Source: Anaerolineaceae bacterium (GTDB taxonomy: Bacteria; Chloroflexota; Anaerolineae; Anaerolineales; Anaerolineaceae). From it: 64,000 nt of DNA. The notes beneath the pieces were generated by a model. The model searched no databases and had not been told where the DNA came from. It saw only the letters and a program-made list of their open reading frames with translations. Every line of letters starts with the position of its first letter. Within the stretch, counting starts at the first letter, position 1. Made by a program: the position numbers and the translations under genes. Positions 1 to 9,479 of the stretch are shown in pieces. The stretch is from NCBI GenBank assembly GCA_034434695.1, contig DAOTYY010000113.1, positions 1,979 through 65,978 of the forward strand. The letters are read 5' to 3'.

Positions 1-229
1 AGGTTAGAACATCTCCCGTGATGGAGACCTGTAAGTCTTCTGCCTTAACGCCGGGAAGTGTTGCCTTAACGACAACTTCGTTTTCCGTCTGGTACATATC
101 CATAGCAGGATAGCCAAATTCACGGATAGCACCAAACTGGCGAGCGAACACATCATCGAATAATCGGTCAATTACATCTCGCATGGTCAAGAAATCGCGC
201 ATAGGTTCCCAACGAATCAGATTGGACAT
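1..229 (-). CDS. Hsp20/alpha-crystallin small heat-shock protein, N-terminal part (3' end lies beyond the window start)
   Basis: The minus-strand frame is open from the window edge to an ATG at 227-229. It is absent from the ORF track because it is truncated. My translation is MSNLIRWEPMRDFLTMRDVIDRLFDDVFARQFGAIREFGYPAMDMYQTENEVVVKATLPGVKAEDLQVSITGDVLT. This is the typical sHSP N-terminal arm plus the first strands of an alpha-crystallin domain. Confidence 0.8.
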   Translation of the reverse strand, partial: MSNLIRWEPMRDFLTMRDVIDRLFDDVFARQFGAIREFGYPAMDMYQTENEVVVKATLPGVKAEDLQVSITGDVLT

Positions 230-268
230 ATGTAACACCTCCTTTCTGAAATCGTTACTTAGAATTTC

Positions 269-286
269 TAGCGTTACTATACGCTA
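269..286 (-). promoter_or_regulatory. Inverted repeat overlapping a -10-like hexamer upstream of hsp20
   Basis: TAGCGT-TACTAT-ACGCTA has perfect 6-bp arms. On the minus strand it reads TAGCGTATAGTAACGCTA, with TATAGT about 45 nt upstream of the hsp20 ATG. Confidence 0.3.
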
Positions 287-331
287 CAACCATAAGAAAA
301 ATGCATGAATTTCGTAAGAACTTTATTTGCG

Positions 332-1075
332 TTATAATAAGCTAGCAGGATTCTCGGTAGATTTTTTGCGAAAATCCACAAACCGGTAACCCACCCCCCG
401 CTCAGTCAAAATATATTTGGGATTCGCAGGATCTTTTTCAAGTTTTTGACGTAAATAGTTCACGTATAAGCGAACATAGTGTGGTTCATCGCGATACTCA
501 TACCCCCAGACCTTTGATAACAACTGATCATAAGTCATAACCCAGCCAGCATTTTGTACAAGGTGATACAACAGGCGGTATTCGGTTGGACGAAGCTTTA
601 CCAATTCACCCTCCACCCATATTTCGCGACGCCCAAAGTCTATTTTTAGACGATCATCAACGATAATTTCTTCATGCGAAGAGATACCTGTTGCTTCCGT
701 ACGCCGCAGGACTGCTCTTACCCGACTGACCAATTCGCGCGGGCTGAATGGCTTGGTTACATAATCATCTGCTCCCAGTTCAAGCCCACGAACCCGATCA
801 TCTTCTTCCCCTTTTGCGGTCAACATAATCACCGGCACCTGGCTTATTTCCCGAATCATCCGCAACACTTCAAAGCCATCAATGTCCGGCAACATCACAT
901 CCAACAAAACCAGATCGGGCATTGAGTCGCGTAATGCTTGAATTGCCCTCAACCCCCGATAAGCTTCCACAACCTGAAAACCATCATGCTCCAAATTCAA
1001 ACGGATAAACCGCGCCATTCTTTCTTCATCATCCACAACCAGAATCAGCCGGTTTTTAAACAAGTCCTCTGGCAT
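332..1075 (-). CDS. OmpR-family response regulator (REC + winged-helix)
   Basis: REC motifs are LILVVDDE, DLVLLDVMLPDIDG and VIMLTAKG. The C-terminal trans_reg_C motifs are LRPTEYRLLYHL and ILTERGVGYRF. Confidence 0.9.
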   Translation of the reverse strand: MPEDLFKNRLILVVDDEERMARFIRLNLEHDGFQVVEAYRGLRAIQALRDSMPDLVLLDVMLPDIDGFEVLRMIREISQVPVIMLTAKGEEDDRVRGLELGADDYVTKPFSPRELVSRVRAVLRRTEATGISSHEEIIVDDRLKIDFGRREIWVEGELVKLRPTEYRLLYHLVQNAGWVMTYDQLLSKVWGYEYRDEPHYVRLYVNYLRQKLEKDPANPKYILTERGVGYRFVDFRKKSTENPASLL

Positions 1076-1080
1076 GGTGT

Positions 1081-1320
1081 TTACTCCCGCACAAATGTAA
1101 TGATCTCTTCTTCGGCTTCTGAGGGTACAACTTCAATAAAGTTAATTCGGATCACTGGCCAGATCACTGTGTTAACATTCGGATCAAGATAGATCAGGTC
1201 TTTTCCATCTCTTTTTCTTGGGTTTTTTACGATAATCAGTGAATCTCCTGGCGAGGGAAGTTCATCAATTTCACCCAAAACAGGATCCTCATTTTGTATG
1301 TGAATAATAACGCTGGGCAT
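1081..1320 (-). CDS. Hypothetical 79-aa protein with an acidic C-terminus
   Basis: The ORF is wedged 5 nt and 11 nt from its neighbours in the same operon. I recognise no motif in it. Confidence 0.5.
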   Translation of the reverse strand: MPSVIIHIQNEDPVLGEIDELPSPGDSLIIVKNPRKRDGKDLIYLDPNVNTVIWPVIRINFIEVVPSEAEEEIITFVRE

Positions 1321-1331
1321 GTTCTATCTCC

Positions 1332-1850
1332 TTACTGACCATGAATTAACACCTGAATTTTAAACTTCCCAAGAGCAATTATATCGCCATGGTTTAAAGG
1401 ATATTCCAGGTGTGGAGTTATTTTCTGCCCATTAACTCGCGTACCGTTAGATGAGCCAAGATCAGTAATCATCAAACGTTTATTAAGAATCCTCAATCCG
1501 GCATGTAATCGTGACACCCCCTGACGATAAGCATCATAGTCCGACAAATCAATATCCGGTAGGATAGGCTGTCCCTTGGTCGCACGGCCAATCGTAAACT
1601 CGCTTTTCCCAACTAAATCAAAAATTTTACCACTTTCCACGAGATAAAGAGAAACCATTGTCTCTTCAGCAGCTTCTGACACCGTCGGAATCACAACGGT
1701 TAGTGCAGGTTGTGGAGCCTCAAGACCACCGCTGGCACGCCCTATAGAATGGGTGGTCACACTTCCCTGAGCAACCAATTGGGCACCACACTCACTACAA
1801 AATAGTGCCCCTTCCATTTCCTGATGATTGCAATTCGGACATTGGATCAT
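1332..1850 (-). CDS. Zinc-ribbon + FHA domain protein
   Basis: The N-terminus has CPNC...CSEC. The C-terminal FHA signature is TIGRA...GVSRLHAGL...ITDLGSSNGTRVNG. Confidence 0.85.
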   Translation of the reverse strand: MIQCPNCNHQEMEGALFCSECGAQLVAQGSVTTHSIGRASGGLEAPQPALTVVIPTVSEAAEETMVSLYLVESGKIFDLVGKSEFTIGRATKGQPILPDIDLSDYDAYRQGVSRLHAGLRILNKRLMITDLGSSNGTRVNGQKITPHLEYPLNHGDIIALGKFKIQVLIHGQ

Positions 1851-1856
1851 GGTAAT

Positions 1857-3317
1857 TTACTTCTCCAAACCAGATGGTAACATCAAGGCACGTGTTCCAT
1901 ACTTGATACGTTTATCACCCTCTTGGGTAAAATGCTTACTCTGTTTTACATGCTCAGCTTCAACCAGAACTGTGTGAGCCAATTCCCTGTTGCCGGTTGA
2001 AAGCAAATGGGTGGCCAGATACTGTAAATGCCTGCTCGCAGCAACTGTATTTCCCCTTTCAACTTCCTTGCGAGCGCGCTCTTGCAACCGGTATAATGAC
2101 ACTCGAGAAAGCGCTTCAATTATTGCCGCCGGGGGAACTTCAGGCTCTGGATCTGCTAGAACTTGTCGCTCAAGCTTCAGAGGGATACGCACCCTCTCAC
2201 CATTATCTACAAGTTGCATCTTTATAAACCCTTCTGCTAACTTTACATTCTCTTTCTCAGCCATAGCAGGAAGTAAAAACTCCATCAACAAAACAAGATT
2301 CTTCCCTGCATATAGATTCCCCAACTGAATCGGGCTGTGTTCATCAAGCGGGCTGACATCCGGATACATGCGAAAAACATAGCGAAGCGTTACATCACTA
2401 TCGGACTCAAACTCAAAATTTGCACCTCTGGCGTAAACCAAACCCAGGTTGTTGATTTTTTGTTCAAAATAAGCAGAAAGCTCCCGTGGTTTTGTGACAA
2501 ATATAACATTTCCCCCGCCGGCAGCAGCAAGCTTATCCAAAAACACATCGTTCCATTCATGACCAATACCAACCGCGCTAAACGATATCCCCTCCTGTTC
2601 CGACTGTTTAATCAACTCCAAGCACCGATCCTCATCACCATATGTATGACCATCTGTCAACAAGATAAGATGGCGAATTTCTCCCTTAAAAGCTGACAAT
2701 TGAGCTACTCCAACCTGCAAACCCTGAAAAATCTCCGTGCCTCCAGAGGGGGATAACAGGCTGATTTTTTGATCCATACGGGGCAAATCCATCGGGTATG
2801 GGTGAGAAGGGGAAATAATTACTTCAGCACGATCACTAAAAGCAACAACAGAGATTGTATCCCGTTGATCAAGTTTTCGGAGCAGGTGTGTTGTGCTGGC
2901 TTTGACCATGTCCAGGCGTGAGCCTTTCATCGAAGTGGATACATCTAAAACCAGCGCAATGTGTACGGGGAGTTTTATTGCCTTCTCTTCCGAGGCAGTG
3001 CAAATCAGCTCCAAAAGCACATACACAAGTTGTTGCTCCGACAAAGCGGGAACAACTGAACGACTATATCGTGCGTGAATTGTGACTGCTGGAGGCTCAT
3101 ACGGACCAAGTTCAGCATCATGAGCAGCTCTGCGTTCCGGGCTAGAAAGCACCTCATAAGCTTCCTGAAGTTCTAGAAACTTATCGCGCGAACCAGGATC
3201 TTCACTAACATCGGGATGTGTCTGTCTGGCAAGCTCAAAATAAGCTTTTCGAATTTCTTCAGGCAGTGCGTCCCGCGGAACACCCAAAATTTGATAATAA
3301 TCTCTTTTCATGGACAT
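1857..3317 (-). CDS. J-domain (DnaJ) / von Willebrand factor A fusion protein
   Basis: The J domain reads [11 protein letters not shown]...THPDVS...AYEVLS, with HPD present. The vWA MIDAS residues are LDVSTSM, GGTEIF and LLTDGHT. The last ~190 aa are uncharacterised. Confidence 0.85.
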   Translation of the reverse strand: MSMKRDYYQILGVPRDALPEEIRKAYFELARQTHPDVSEDPGSRDKFLELQEAYEVLSSPERRAAHDAELGPYEPPAVTIHARYSRSVVPALSEQQLVYVLLELICTASEEKAIKLPVHIALVLDVSTSMKGSRLDMVKASTTHLLRKLDQRDTISVVAFSDRAEVIISPSHPYPMDLPRMDQKISLLSPSGGTEIFQGLQVGVAQLSAFKGEIRHLILLTDGHTYGDEDRCLELIKQSEQEGISFSAVGIGHEWNDVFLDKLAAAGGGNVIFVTKPRELSAYFEQKINNLGLVYARGANFEFESDSDVTLRYVFRMYPDVSPLDEHSPIQLGNLYAGKNLVLLMEFLLPAMAEKENVKLAEGFIKMQLVDNGERVRIPLKLERQVLADPEPEVPPAAIIEALSRVSLYRLQERARKEVERGNTVAASRHLQYLATHLLSTGNRELAHTVLVEAEHVKQSKHFTQEGDKRIKYGTRALMLPSGLEK

Positions 3318-3333
3318 GAGACTTGATACAGGA

Positions 3334-4230
3334 TCAACTCATATACTGAACCAAAATCACACTGATATTATCCGGACCCCCAGCAGCATTAGCCGCCTGC
3401 ACCAGTTGGTAGCACGCGTCCGTCGGATTTGATGCAGAACGTATCAAACGAAACATTTCAGTTTCTGGCACAACTCCCCATAATCCATCACTACACAGCA
3501 ACATATATCCAGGATGGGGTAACATGTGTGTATTAATATCAGGTTTAAAAGGTTCGGTTTGACCAATCGCCCGATATAGCACATTACGCTGCGGATGTGC
3601 ACCCGCCTCCTCAGCAGTTATCTGCCCAAGCTCAACCAGACGATGCACTAATGAATGATCTTGCGTTACCACCTGGATGCGTCCATCGGGATAAATAAAA
3701 TAAGCCCGACTATCTCCAACCTGCGCAATCGTTACCTGCTCTCCAACAACCAGCGCAGCAGTTAAGGTCGTTCCACCGCCCGGTGCTTTTTTAGCTACAG
3801 TTGTCTGTGCCTCCAGAACAGCCGTCTCCATAATTTCATGAAGGCTTTCCCCCTGGTTTTCTCTAGTTCCCAATACCGCAAAAAACAACTTATTGATCAA
3901 CTCTTCCGCCACCGTACGCACCGCTTTTTCGCTGGCGACTTCACCATGTTGATGCCCACCCATTCCATCCGCGATCATAAAAATTCCAAAGGACGTCTTG
4001 GTGTCGTTGTACGAAAGTACACTAGTCATTGCAAACAAAGAATCTTCGTTGTGTTCTCGTTGCTTCCCTATGGACTGTGCACAACCAACTAGCAATTGAG
4101 GAGGTTCATAGTTTATCATTACTCGCGTAACAGAACGAAGTTGTTCCTCAGACAGTGGAGCAGTCTCAATATTGATTGGAACAACCGGTTTACTTTTGTC
4201 ACCAAATAACTTCTTTAAGAAATCAAACAC
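3334..4230 (-). CDS. PP2C-family Ser/Thr protein phosphatase
   Basis: Motifs seen are [29 protein letters not shown] and GGPDNISV. Confidence 0.9.
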   Translation of the reverse strand: MFDFLKKLFGDKSKPVVPINIETAPLSEEQLRSVTRVMINYEPPQLLVGCAQSIGKQREHNEDSLFAMTSVLSYNDTKTSFGIFMIADGMGGHQHGEVASEKAVRTVAEELINKLFFAVLGTRENQGESLHEIMETAVLEAQTTVAKKAPGGGTTLTAALVVGEQVTIAQVGDSRAYFIYPDGRIQVVTQDHSLVHRLVELGQITAEEAGAHPQRNVLYRAIGQTEPFKPDINTHMLPHPGYMLLCSDGLWGVVPETEMFRLIRSASNPTDACYQLVQAANAAGGPDNISVILVQYMS

Positions 4231-4259
4231 AAAAATCCTCCATAAGAGCCTTGAGTTTT

Positions 4260-6020
4260 TTATGGTACTAAAGCATACAAAATATGATCCAGTGAACCAA
4301 TATAAAGGACATCGCGATGTATAACTGGAGTTCCAGTAATTGGTTTAGCGGTTGAAAATTTCCAGCGCAGACGACCTGTTCGATACTCCAGGCAATACAA
4401 GTTGCCATCTGCGGAACCACAATACAAGGAATCCTTATAGATAATTGGAGAACCACTGACTTGATGTTCAGTTCTGAAGCGCCAGATTTCTTTGCCATTC
4501 GCTGCATCAACACAATAGATGAAGCCATCTGCTGATCCAGCAAACACATAGTTCTCAGCTGTACAGGGAGAAGAAATGGACGGCTTTCCCATTCTAAAGC
4601 GCCAAATCGCCCATCCCGATTTCGCATCGACAGCATACAAAGTTGCATCCATTGAAGTAAAATAAACTACGCCTCTAACTGCCAGAGGAGTTGAAATAAT
4701 CGAACGCTTTGCACGGAAACGCCAACGAACCTGCCCGCGGAAATCAATTGCCAGTAATTCAGTACTGTCGCTTCCGATGTAAATGAAGTCTCCTAATATA
4801 CATGCAGAAGACCGAACTGGCTGTCCTGTATCAATTTTCCACGTTGCACGATTAGTTGCAAGATTAATTGCATATAAAAATCCATCATCAGAACCAATAA
4901 AAGCATGCCCTTCAGCAATTACTGGTGAGCTACGAATTGGTCCTCCAGTATCATATGTCCACATCAAACGACCAGTGCGAGCTGACACCGCAAAAAAACG
5001 ATTATCCTCTGATCCAAAATAGACAATGCCATCGTACACAGCCGGCCGGCTGACAATTCCGCCCTCTGTAGCGAATTTCCAAAGAAACTCTCCAGTAGCC
5101 GCATTAAGAGCATAAAGATTGTGGTCATAAGCGCCAACAAAGACAACATTACCATCACAAACCGGTGTTCCGCGAATTTCATCTTCGCACTTAAACGTCC
5201 AAATTGGCTTAATGGCCTGATCCTCAATTAAGGGGCCAGACAACAAAGAGACCTTGGACAGAATACCTGTTTTCTTTGCCACCATCATTAACGCTTCTTT
5301 CATGGCTTCTGCGGATTGAAATCGATCGGCGGGGTTGTACTGAAGTGCCGTATTAACAATTGTTTCCAACTCAATGGAAACCGCCGGGTTGATTTGGCGT
5401 ATTGGACGCTCATGGAACGTAAACGGAGGCTCAATTCGAGGGTCTCGTCTAGTCAGCAAGTGATGAAGCGTCGCTCCAAGCGCATAAATATCTGCCAGAG
5501 GTGTGGCTTCCCCTCGGTACTGCTCCGGTGGAGAATACCCTTCGGTTCCGATCATTGTTCCCTTTTGTCCCGCTTTAAATAATTTTGCAATCCCAAAATC
5601 TACTAGGACGACATGGTTTTGCGAATTGATCATGATATTGGAGGGTTTTATATCTCGGAAAATTACGGGGTCGGGTTTATGACTATGCAGATACTGAAGA
5701 ACATCACAAAGTTCTATTGCCCAGACAATGACCTGCTCTTCTGGGAAAAATCCCTGAGTGCGATTCATGATCGCCTCTAGGTCCTTACCATGGATGAGTT
5801 CCTCCACCAAATAAGAACGTTCATCATGGGTAAAATAATCATAAATTTTTGGTATTGAGGGATGAGATAGCGAAACAAGAATATTCGCCTCGCGCTCAAA
5901 GTTCTGAACAATCGTCTGGCGTACAAGAGGATCGGGCGCCTGATTAATCATTTCTTTAACTGCCACCAATCGCATGGCATTGGGGAAATGTAAATCCCGA
6001 GCGCGGTAAACTGCACCCAT
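4260..6020 (-). CDS. Hanks-type Ser/Thr protein kinase fused to a PQQ/BamB-like beta-propeller (true start probably upstream, up to 6137)
   Basis: Kinase motifs are VAVKE, FRDIKPSNIM, VDFGIA and GTEGYSPPEQ. The C-terminal half has repeated blades of the form G.V..GS.D..LYA....G...W.F. The first ATG falls inside the Gly-rich loop (see findings). Confidence 0.9.
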   Translation of the reverse strand: MGAVYRARDLHFPNAMRLVAVKEMINQAPDPLVRQTIVQNFEREANILVSLSHPSIPKIYDYFTHDERSYLVEELIHGKDLEAIMNRTQGFFPEEQVIVWAIELCDVLQYLHSHKPDPVIFRDIKPSNIMINSQNHVVLVDFGIAKLFKAGQKGTMIGTEGYSPPEQYRGEATPLADIYALGATLHHLLTRRDPRIEPPFTFHERPIRQINPAVSIELETIVNTALQYNPADRFQSAEAMKEALMMVAKKTGILSKVSLLSGPLIEDQAIKPIWTFKCEDEIRGTPVCDGNVVFVGAYDHNLYALNAATGEFLWKFATEGGIVSRPAVYDGIVYFGSEDNRFFAVSARTGRLMWTYDTGGPIRSSPVIAEGHAFIGSDDGFLYAINLATNRATWKIDTGQPVRSSACILGDFIYIGSDSTELLAIDFRGQVRWRFRAKRSIISTPLAVRGVVYFTSMDATLYAVDAKSGWAIWRFRMGKPSISSPCTAENYVFAGSADGFIYCVDAANGKEIWRFRTEHQVSGSPIIYKDSLYCGSADGNLYCLEYRTGRLRWKFSTAKPITGTPVIHRDVLYIGSLDHILYALVP

Positions 6021-6370
6021 TCCACCCAGACCAATAACCTCCTGAATTGCGTATCTTTCCTTCAGAATAGTTCCAGGTGCTAGTTGCGTTTCTGGGCCCT
6101 GTCCCTCAAAATTTTGAGTAATGTGCTGTGTGTCCAGTTCACCCTCCCGTTGGATGAGCTATAACCTGCCGAATGTCTCCATGGTAGTATGCTAACCAAC
6201 GGCTATATTGTCAATTATATGCGGCTTAGTAAGGATTTGCAACATAAATGCGACAGGATTCTGTCGCCAACACATTAACCAAAATATCCAAACACAACAA
6301 AAAATTCTAAAGCAAAAACAAGGATTAGCAGATACAATTGAGGTGAGATCCTTTCTTGAGGTATTTGTTC

Positions 6371-7783
6371 ATGGAACAAATAGAACAGTATAAAACCTAT
6401 CTTTCCCCATTGAGCTGGCGCTATGGGTCAGTTGAAATGCGCCAGATTTGGAGCGAGATAAACAAGCGTAAACTTTGGCGACAGATTTGGGTTTGCCTTG
6501 CAAAAGCTCAGCTTACCTTTGGTTTGGTGGACCCCGAACAAGTGAAAGATCTTGAAGAGCATGTCTCCCAAATTGACATTAAGCGAGCGTTGGAAATTGA
6601 AGCAGAAATTCACCATGACCTTATGGCTGAATTAAAAGTCTTTGCTGAACAAAGCCCATTGGGAGGTAATATTCTGCATTTAGGTGCAACCTCAATGGAT
6701 ATTGAGGATAATGCGGAGGCTCTCCGTATACGTCAGGCACTTACCCTAATACTACAAAAACTAAAAAACCTTTTACTCTCTTTTGTAGAAAAAATCGAAC
6801 AGTGGAATGAAACCCCAATCATAGCTTTTACGCATCTACAACCGGCTGAACCCTCAACCCTTGGTTATCGCCTCGCCCTCTATGCACAGGATTTACGGCA
6901 AGATTGGAACACATTGGTGTCTATCCATTCAACCATCAAGGGCAAAGGGTTCAAGGGGGCCATTGGAACAGCCGCCTCTTATATTGAGTTGGTAGGCGCT
7001 GATCAGTTCAACCAGTTTGAGGAGCAGCTCAGCCGTTTGTTAGATCTGCCATTTTTTCCAGTCTCTTCCCAAATTTACCCTCGCAAACAGGAGTATCGTA
7101 TCGTCAGTGCACTAGCTGATCTGGGGGCTTCCCTCTACAAATTTGCTTTTGATGTGCGGTTTCTCCAGTCACCTCCTGTTGGAGAATGGTCGGAGCCCTT
7201 TGCCGAACGGCAGGTTGGATCTTCCGCCATGCCTTTTAAGAGGAACCCAATCCTTTCTGAGAGGCTGAACTCGCTCGCTCGTTTGCTCGCTTCCATGCCA
7301 CAGGTGGCCTGGCAGAATGCAGCACATTCATTGCTGGAGCGAACACTGGATGATAGTGCGAATCGAAGAACCCTTTTACCCGAAGCTTTTATCCTTACTG
7401 ATGAGTTGCTGATGCTCGGACAAAAAATTCTGAGTGGGCTGAAAGTCAACACAAAAGCTATTCAAAGGAATTTAGAATTATATGCTCCTTTTGCCAGCAC
7501 AGAACGCCTACTTATGAAGTTGGTTCAGGCTGGTGCAAACCGACAACAAATGCATGAAATCATTCGCAACCACGCGATGAAAGCCTGGAAAGCTGTTCAG
7601 GAAGGCAACGATAACCCGCTTATCGCTTCCCTCGCGCAAGAGCCAGCTTTCTTAGAGTATCTCACCCCCGATCAGATTCTCAAGGCACTGAACATTGCCA
7701 ATTACTCAGGGATAGCATCACCACGTGCCAGACAGCTCGCACAGCAGATACGGCACAGCCTTGAACAGCCTGATAGCTTTTAG
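6371..7783 (+). CDS. purB: Adenylosuccinate lyase
   Basis: The N-terminus reads YLSPLSWRYGSVEMRQIWSE and the lyase signature is GSSAMPFKRNP. The track ORF opens at 6356 (TTG); the ATG at 6371 is the more likely start. Confidence 0.9.
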   Translation: MEQIEQYKTYLSPLSWRYGSVEMRQIWSEINKRKLWRQIWVCLAKAQLTFGLVDPEQVKDLEEHVSQIDIKRALEIEAEIHHDLMAELKVFAEQSPLGGNILHLGATSMDIEDNAEALRIRQALTLILQKLKNLLLSFVEKIEQWNETPIIAFTHLQPAEPSTLGYRLALYAQDLRQDWNTLVSIHSTIKGKGFKGAIGTAASYIELVGADQFNQFEEQLSRLLDLPFFPVSSQIYPRKQEYRIVSALADLGASLYKFAFDVRFLQSPPVGEWSEPFAERQVGSSAMPFKRNPILSERLNSLARLLASMPQVAWQNAAHSLLERTLDDSANRRTLLPEAFILTDELLMLGQKILSGLKVNTKAIQRNLELYAPFASTERLLMKLVQAGANRQQMHEIIRNHAMKAWKAVQEGNDNPLIASLAQEPAFLEYLTPDQILKALNIANYSGIASPRARQLAQQIRHSLEQPDSF

Positions 7784-7797
7784 CAAAATAAATCAAT

Positions 7798-8280
7798 TTA
7801 TTCAGCAGGCGAAACCAGAGTAAGGTAATCCGATGCCGCCCAACCACTTCGACTCTGATCGTAAGGCGCGACCAGATACCACCAGATGTAGTTGTCGGAC
7901 TCTACCGGTCCGTCTTTCACCTCAAAAACCTCCGATTCCATGCCAACAAATAAAGGAGGGCTATCTAAACCCGCTCCCGCCCTTAAGCGCAAACCCTTTC
8001 CCTCAGTGCCCGTAATTTGAACAAAAGAGCCAATCGAGATGTTATTGTAAGAAGAAAGAGCAGACTGCGTTGCGGTTAAGTTAGGTGTGGGTGTTATAAG
8101 AACAGGAGTTGGTGTCGGAGCAGATATAACTACCAGATTTGCTGTTACTTTGACATTTATTCTCTCGCGATGACTTAAAATAGCTAGCAAACTGCCCCAA
8201 CAAAAAAACAGGGTAAGTGCGATTGTGATCGCCCCAATGATTACCCAGCGATTTAAGCGATGCATTCGTAGTTCCCTCAT
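7798..8280 (-). CDS. Membrane-anchored protein with a Thr/Pro linker and a bacterial SH3-like domain
   Basis: It has an N-terminal TM (WVIIGAITIALTLFF) and a PTPTPVLITPTP linker. The SH3b-like segment is GSFVQITGTEGKGLRLRAGAG...GWAASDYL. Confidence 0.6.
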   Translation of the reverse strand: MRELRMHRLNRWVIIGAITIALTLFFCWGSLLAILSHRERINVKVTANLVVISAPTPTPVLITPTPNLTATQSALSSYNNISIGSFVQITGTEGKGLRLRAGAGLDSPPLFVGMESEVFEVKDGPVESDNYIWWYLVAPYDQSRSGWAASDYLTLVSPAE

Positions 8281-8286
8281 GCCCCT

Positions 8287-9372
8287 TTATCCAGGTAGAA
8301 AGAAGAACGCCAGGCCTAAAATTAAATACACTGCCAGTAAAGCCGAACCTTCCAACCAGTTTGATTCTCCATCAGCAGAGACAAGCGCGGCAATCAATAC
8401 ACCTGCGCCTAATGCCAGCAGCTCAAATTGATTGAAAATAAGTGTTAAGGGGTGACCCATAAAAAGACTAACAAAAACCAGTAAAGGCGCGACAAACAAG
8501 GCTATCTGCAGGCTTGAGGAAAGCGCAATCTCCATGCTTAAGTCCATTTGGTTGCGGTGAGCCATCTGTACTGCAACAAGGTGCTCAGCAACATTCCCAA
8601 CAATTGGTATCAAGATAATACCCAGGAAAAACTCTGAAAGACCAAACTTCGAAATAACATTCTCAACCGAACCTACCAGTAATTCACTCAACCACGCCAC
8701 ACCAACTGTTGCCAGAGCAAGGATAATCAAGGATACACCAAGCGGCCATTGCAGTTGGAGAGTACGGTTCTCTGGGGGGTAAGTAAGCGGACTTTGAATG
8801 CTCCTAAAGCTATAAAGTATTCCCAGAAAGTATAGGATAATCACAACTCCAGCAACCCCCAGGCTGAGAGCCTCAACATCAGGGTCGCCTTCCTGTCCTA
8901 TCGAATGGCTGGACAATGAAGGGACGACCAACGCCAGCACTGAAAGGGTTAACAAAATCGCGTGATTTCCTGCCTGACGGCGGTCAAATTTCTGTTTCCC
9001 ATTTTTGATCCCGCCCAGCAACATGGCAAATCCCATGACCAGAAGCAGGTTACCTAATATGGAGCCGGTAATGGAAGCCTTGACCAGTTCCAACAGCCCG
9101 GCTCGAATAGCAGTCAGGGTAATAATCAGTTCGGCGGCATTGCCAAGTGTCGCATTCAACAAGCCGCCTAGTTTGGGACCGGTGTAAGATGCCAGCGCTT
9201 CGGTTGATTCGCCTATCAGACCGGCAAATGGTATTACACCGATTGCCGAAAGCGAAAAAATCCAGATCGAATTCCAGTTCTGGATTTTTGCAAGAATCGC
9301 CAATGGGAAGGCGACCAACAAAAAATTAAGGGGGTTCGCTTGCAAATATCGCCAACATTTTCGCATACTCAT
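8287..9372 (-). CDS. Ca2+/H+ antiporter (CaCA/CAX family)
   Basis: It is a polytopic membrane protein with the two alpha-repeat signatures LGNAAELIITL and VGNVAEHLVAV. The track ORF extends to 9450; the internal ATG at 9372 or 9366 is the more plausible start. Confidence 0.85.
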   Translation of the reverse strand: MSMRKCWRYLQANPLNFLLVAFPLAILAKIQNWNSIWIFSLSAIGVIPFAGLIGESTEALASYTGPKLGGLLNATLGNAAELIITLTAIRAGLLELVKASITGSILGNLLLVMGFAMLLGGIKNGKQKFDRRQAGNHAILLTLSVLALVVPSLSSHSIGQEGDPDVEALSLGVAGVVIILYFLGILYSFRSIQSPLTYPPENRTLQLQWPLGVSLIILALATVGVAWLSELLVGSVENVISKFGLSEFFLGIILIPIVGNVAEHLVAVQMAHRNQMDLSMEIALSSSLQIALFVAPLLVFVSLFMGHPLTLIFNQFELLALGAGVLIAALVSADGESNWLEGSALLAVYLILGLAFFFLPG

Positions 9373-9479
9373 GTAATTATATCCTACTCTCAAAACCAGC
9401 TTGAAAAAACAGACTTTTTTGGCAATGTTATAATAATCCTGAAACCTCAATCATTTTGAGCAATCCCAAAGGATTATTT

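Noticed and set aside
6159-6161. The in-frame TAG in the kinase leader as recoding (pyrrolysine or an alternative genetic code).
   Set aside because: TAG clearly functions as a normal stop elsewhere in the window, for example at the end of purB (7781-7783). No pyl genes are evident. A CTG start or a simple mutation is more parsimonious.
6183-6355. A purine or ZTP riboswitch upstream of purB.
   Set aside because: Only a short 7-bp hairpin (GCGACAG-gatt-CTGTCGC) is present. None of the conserved purine-riboswitch or ZTP (pfl) core sequences I remember are there.
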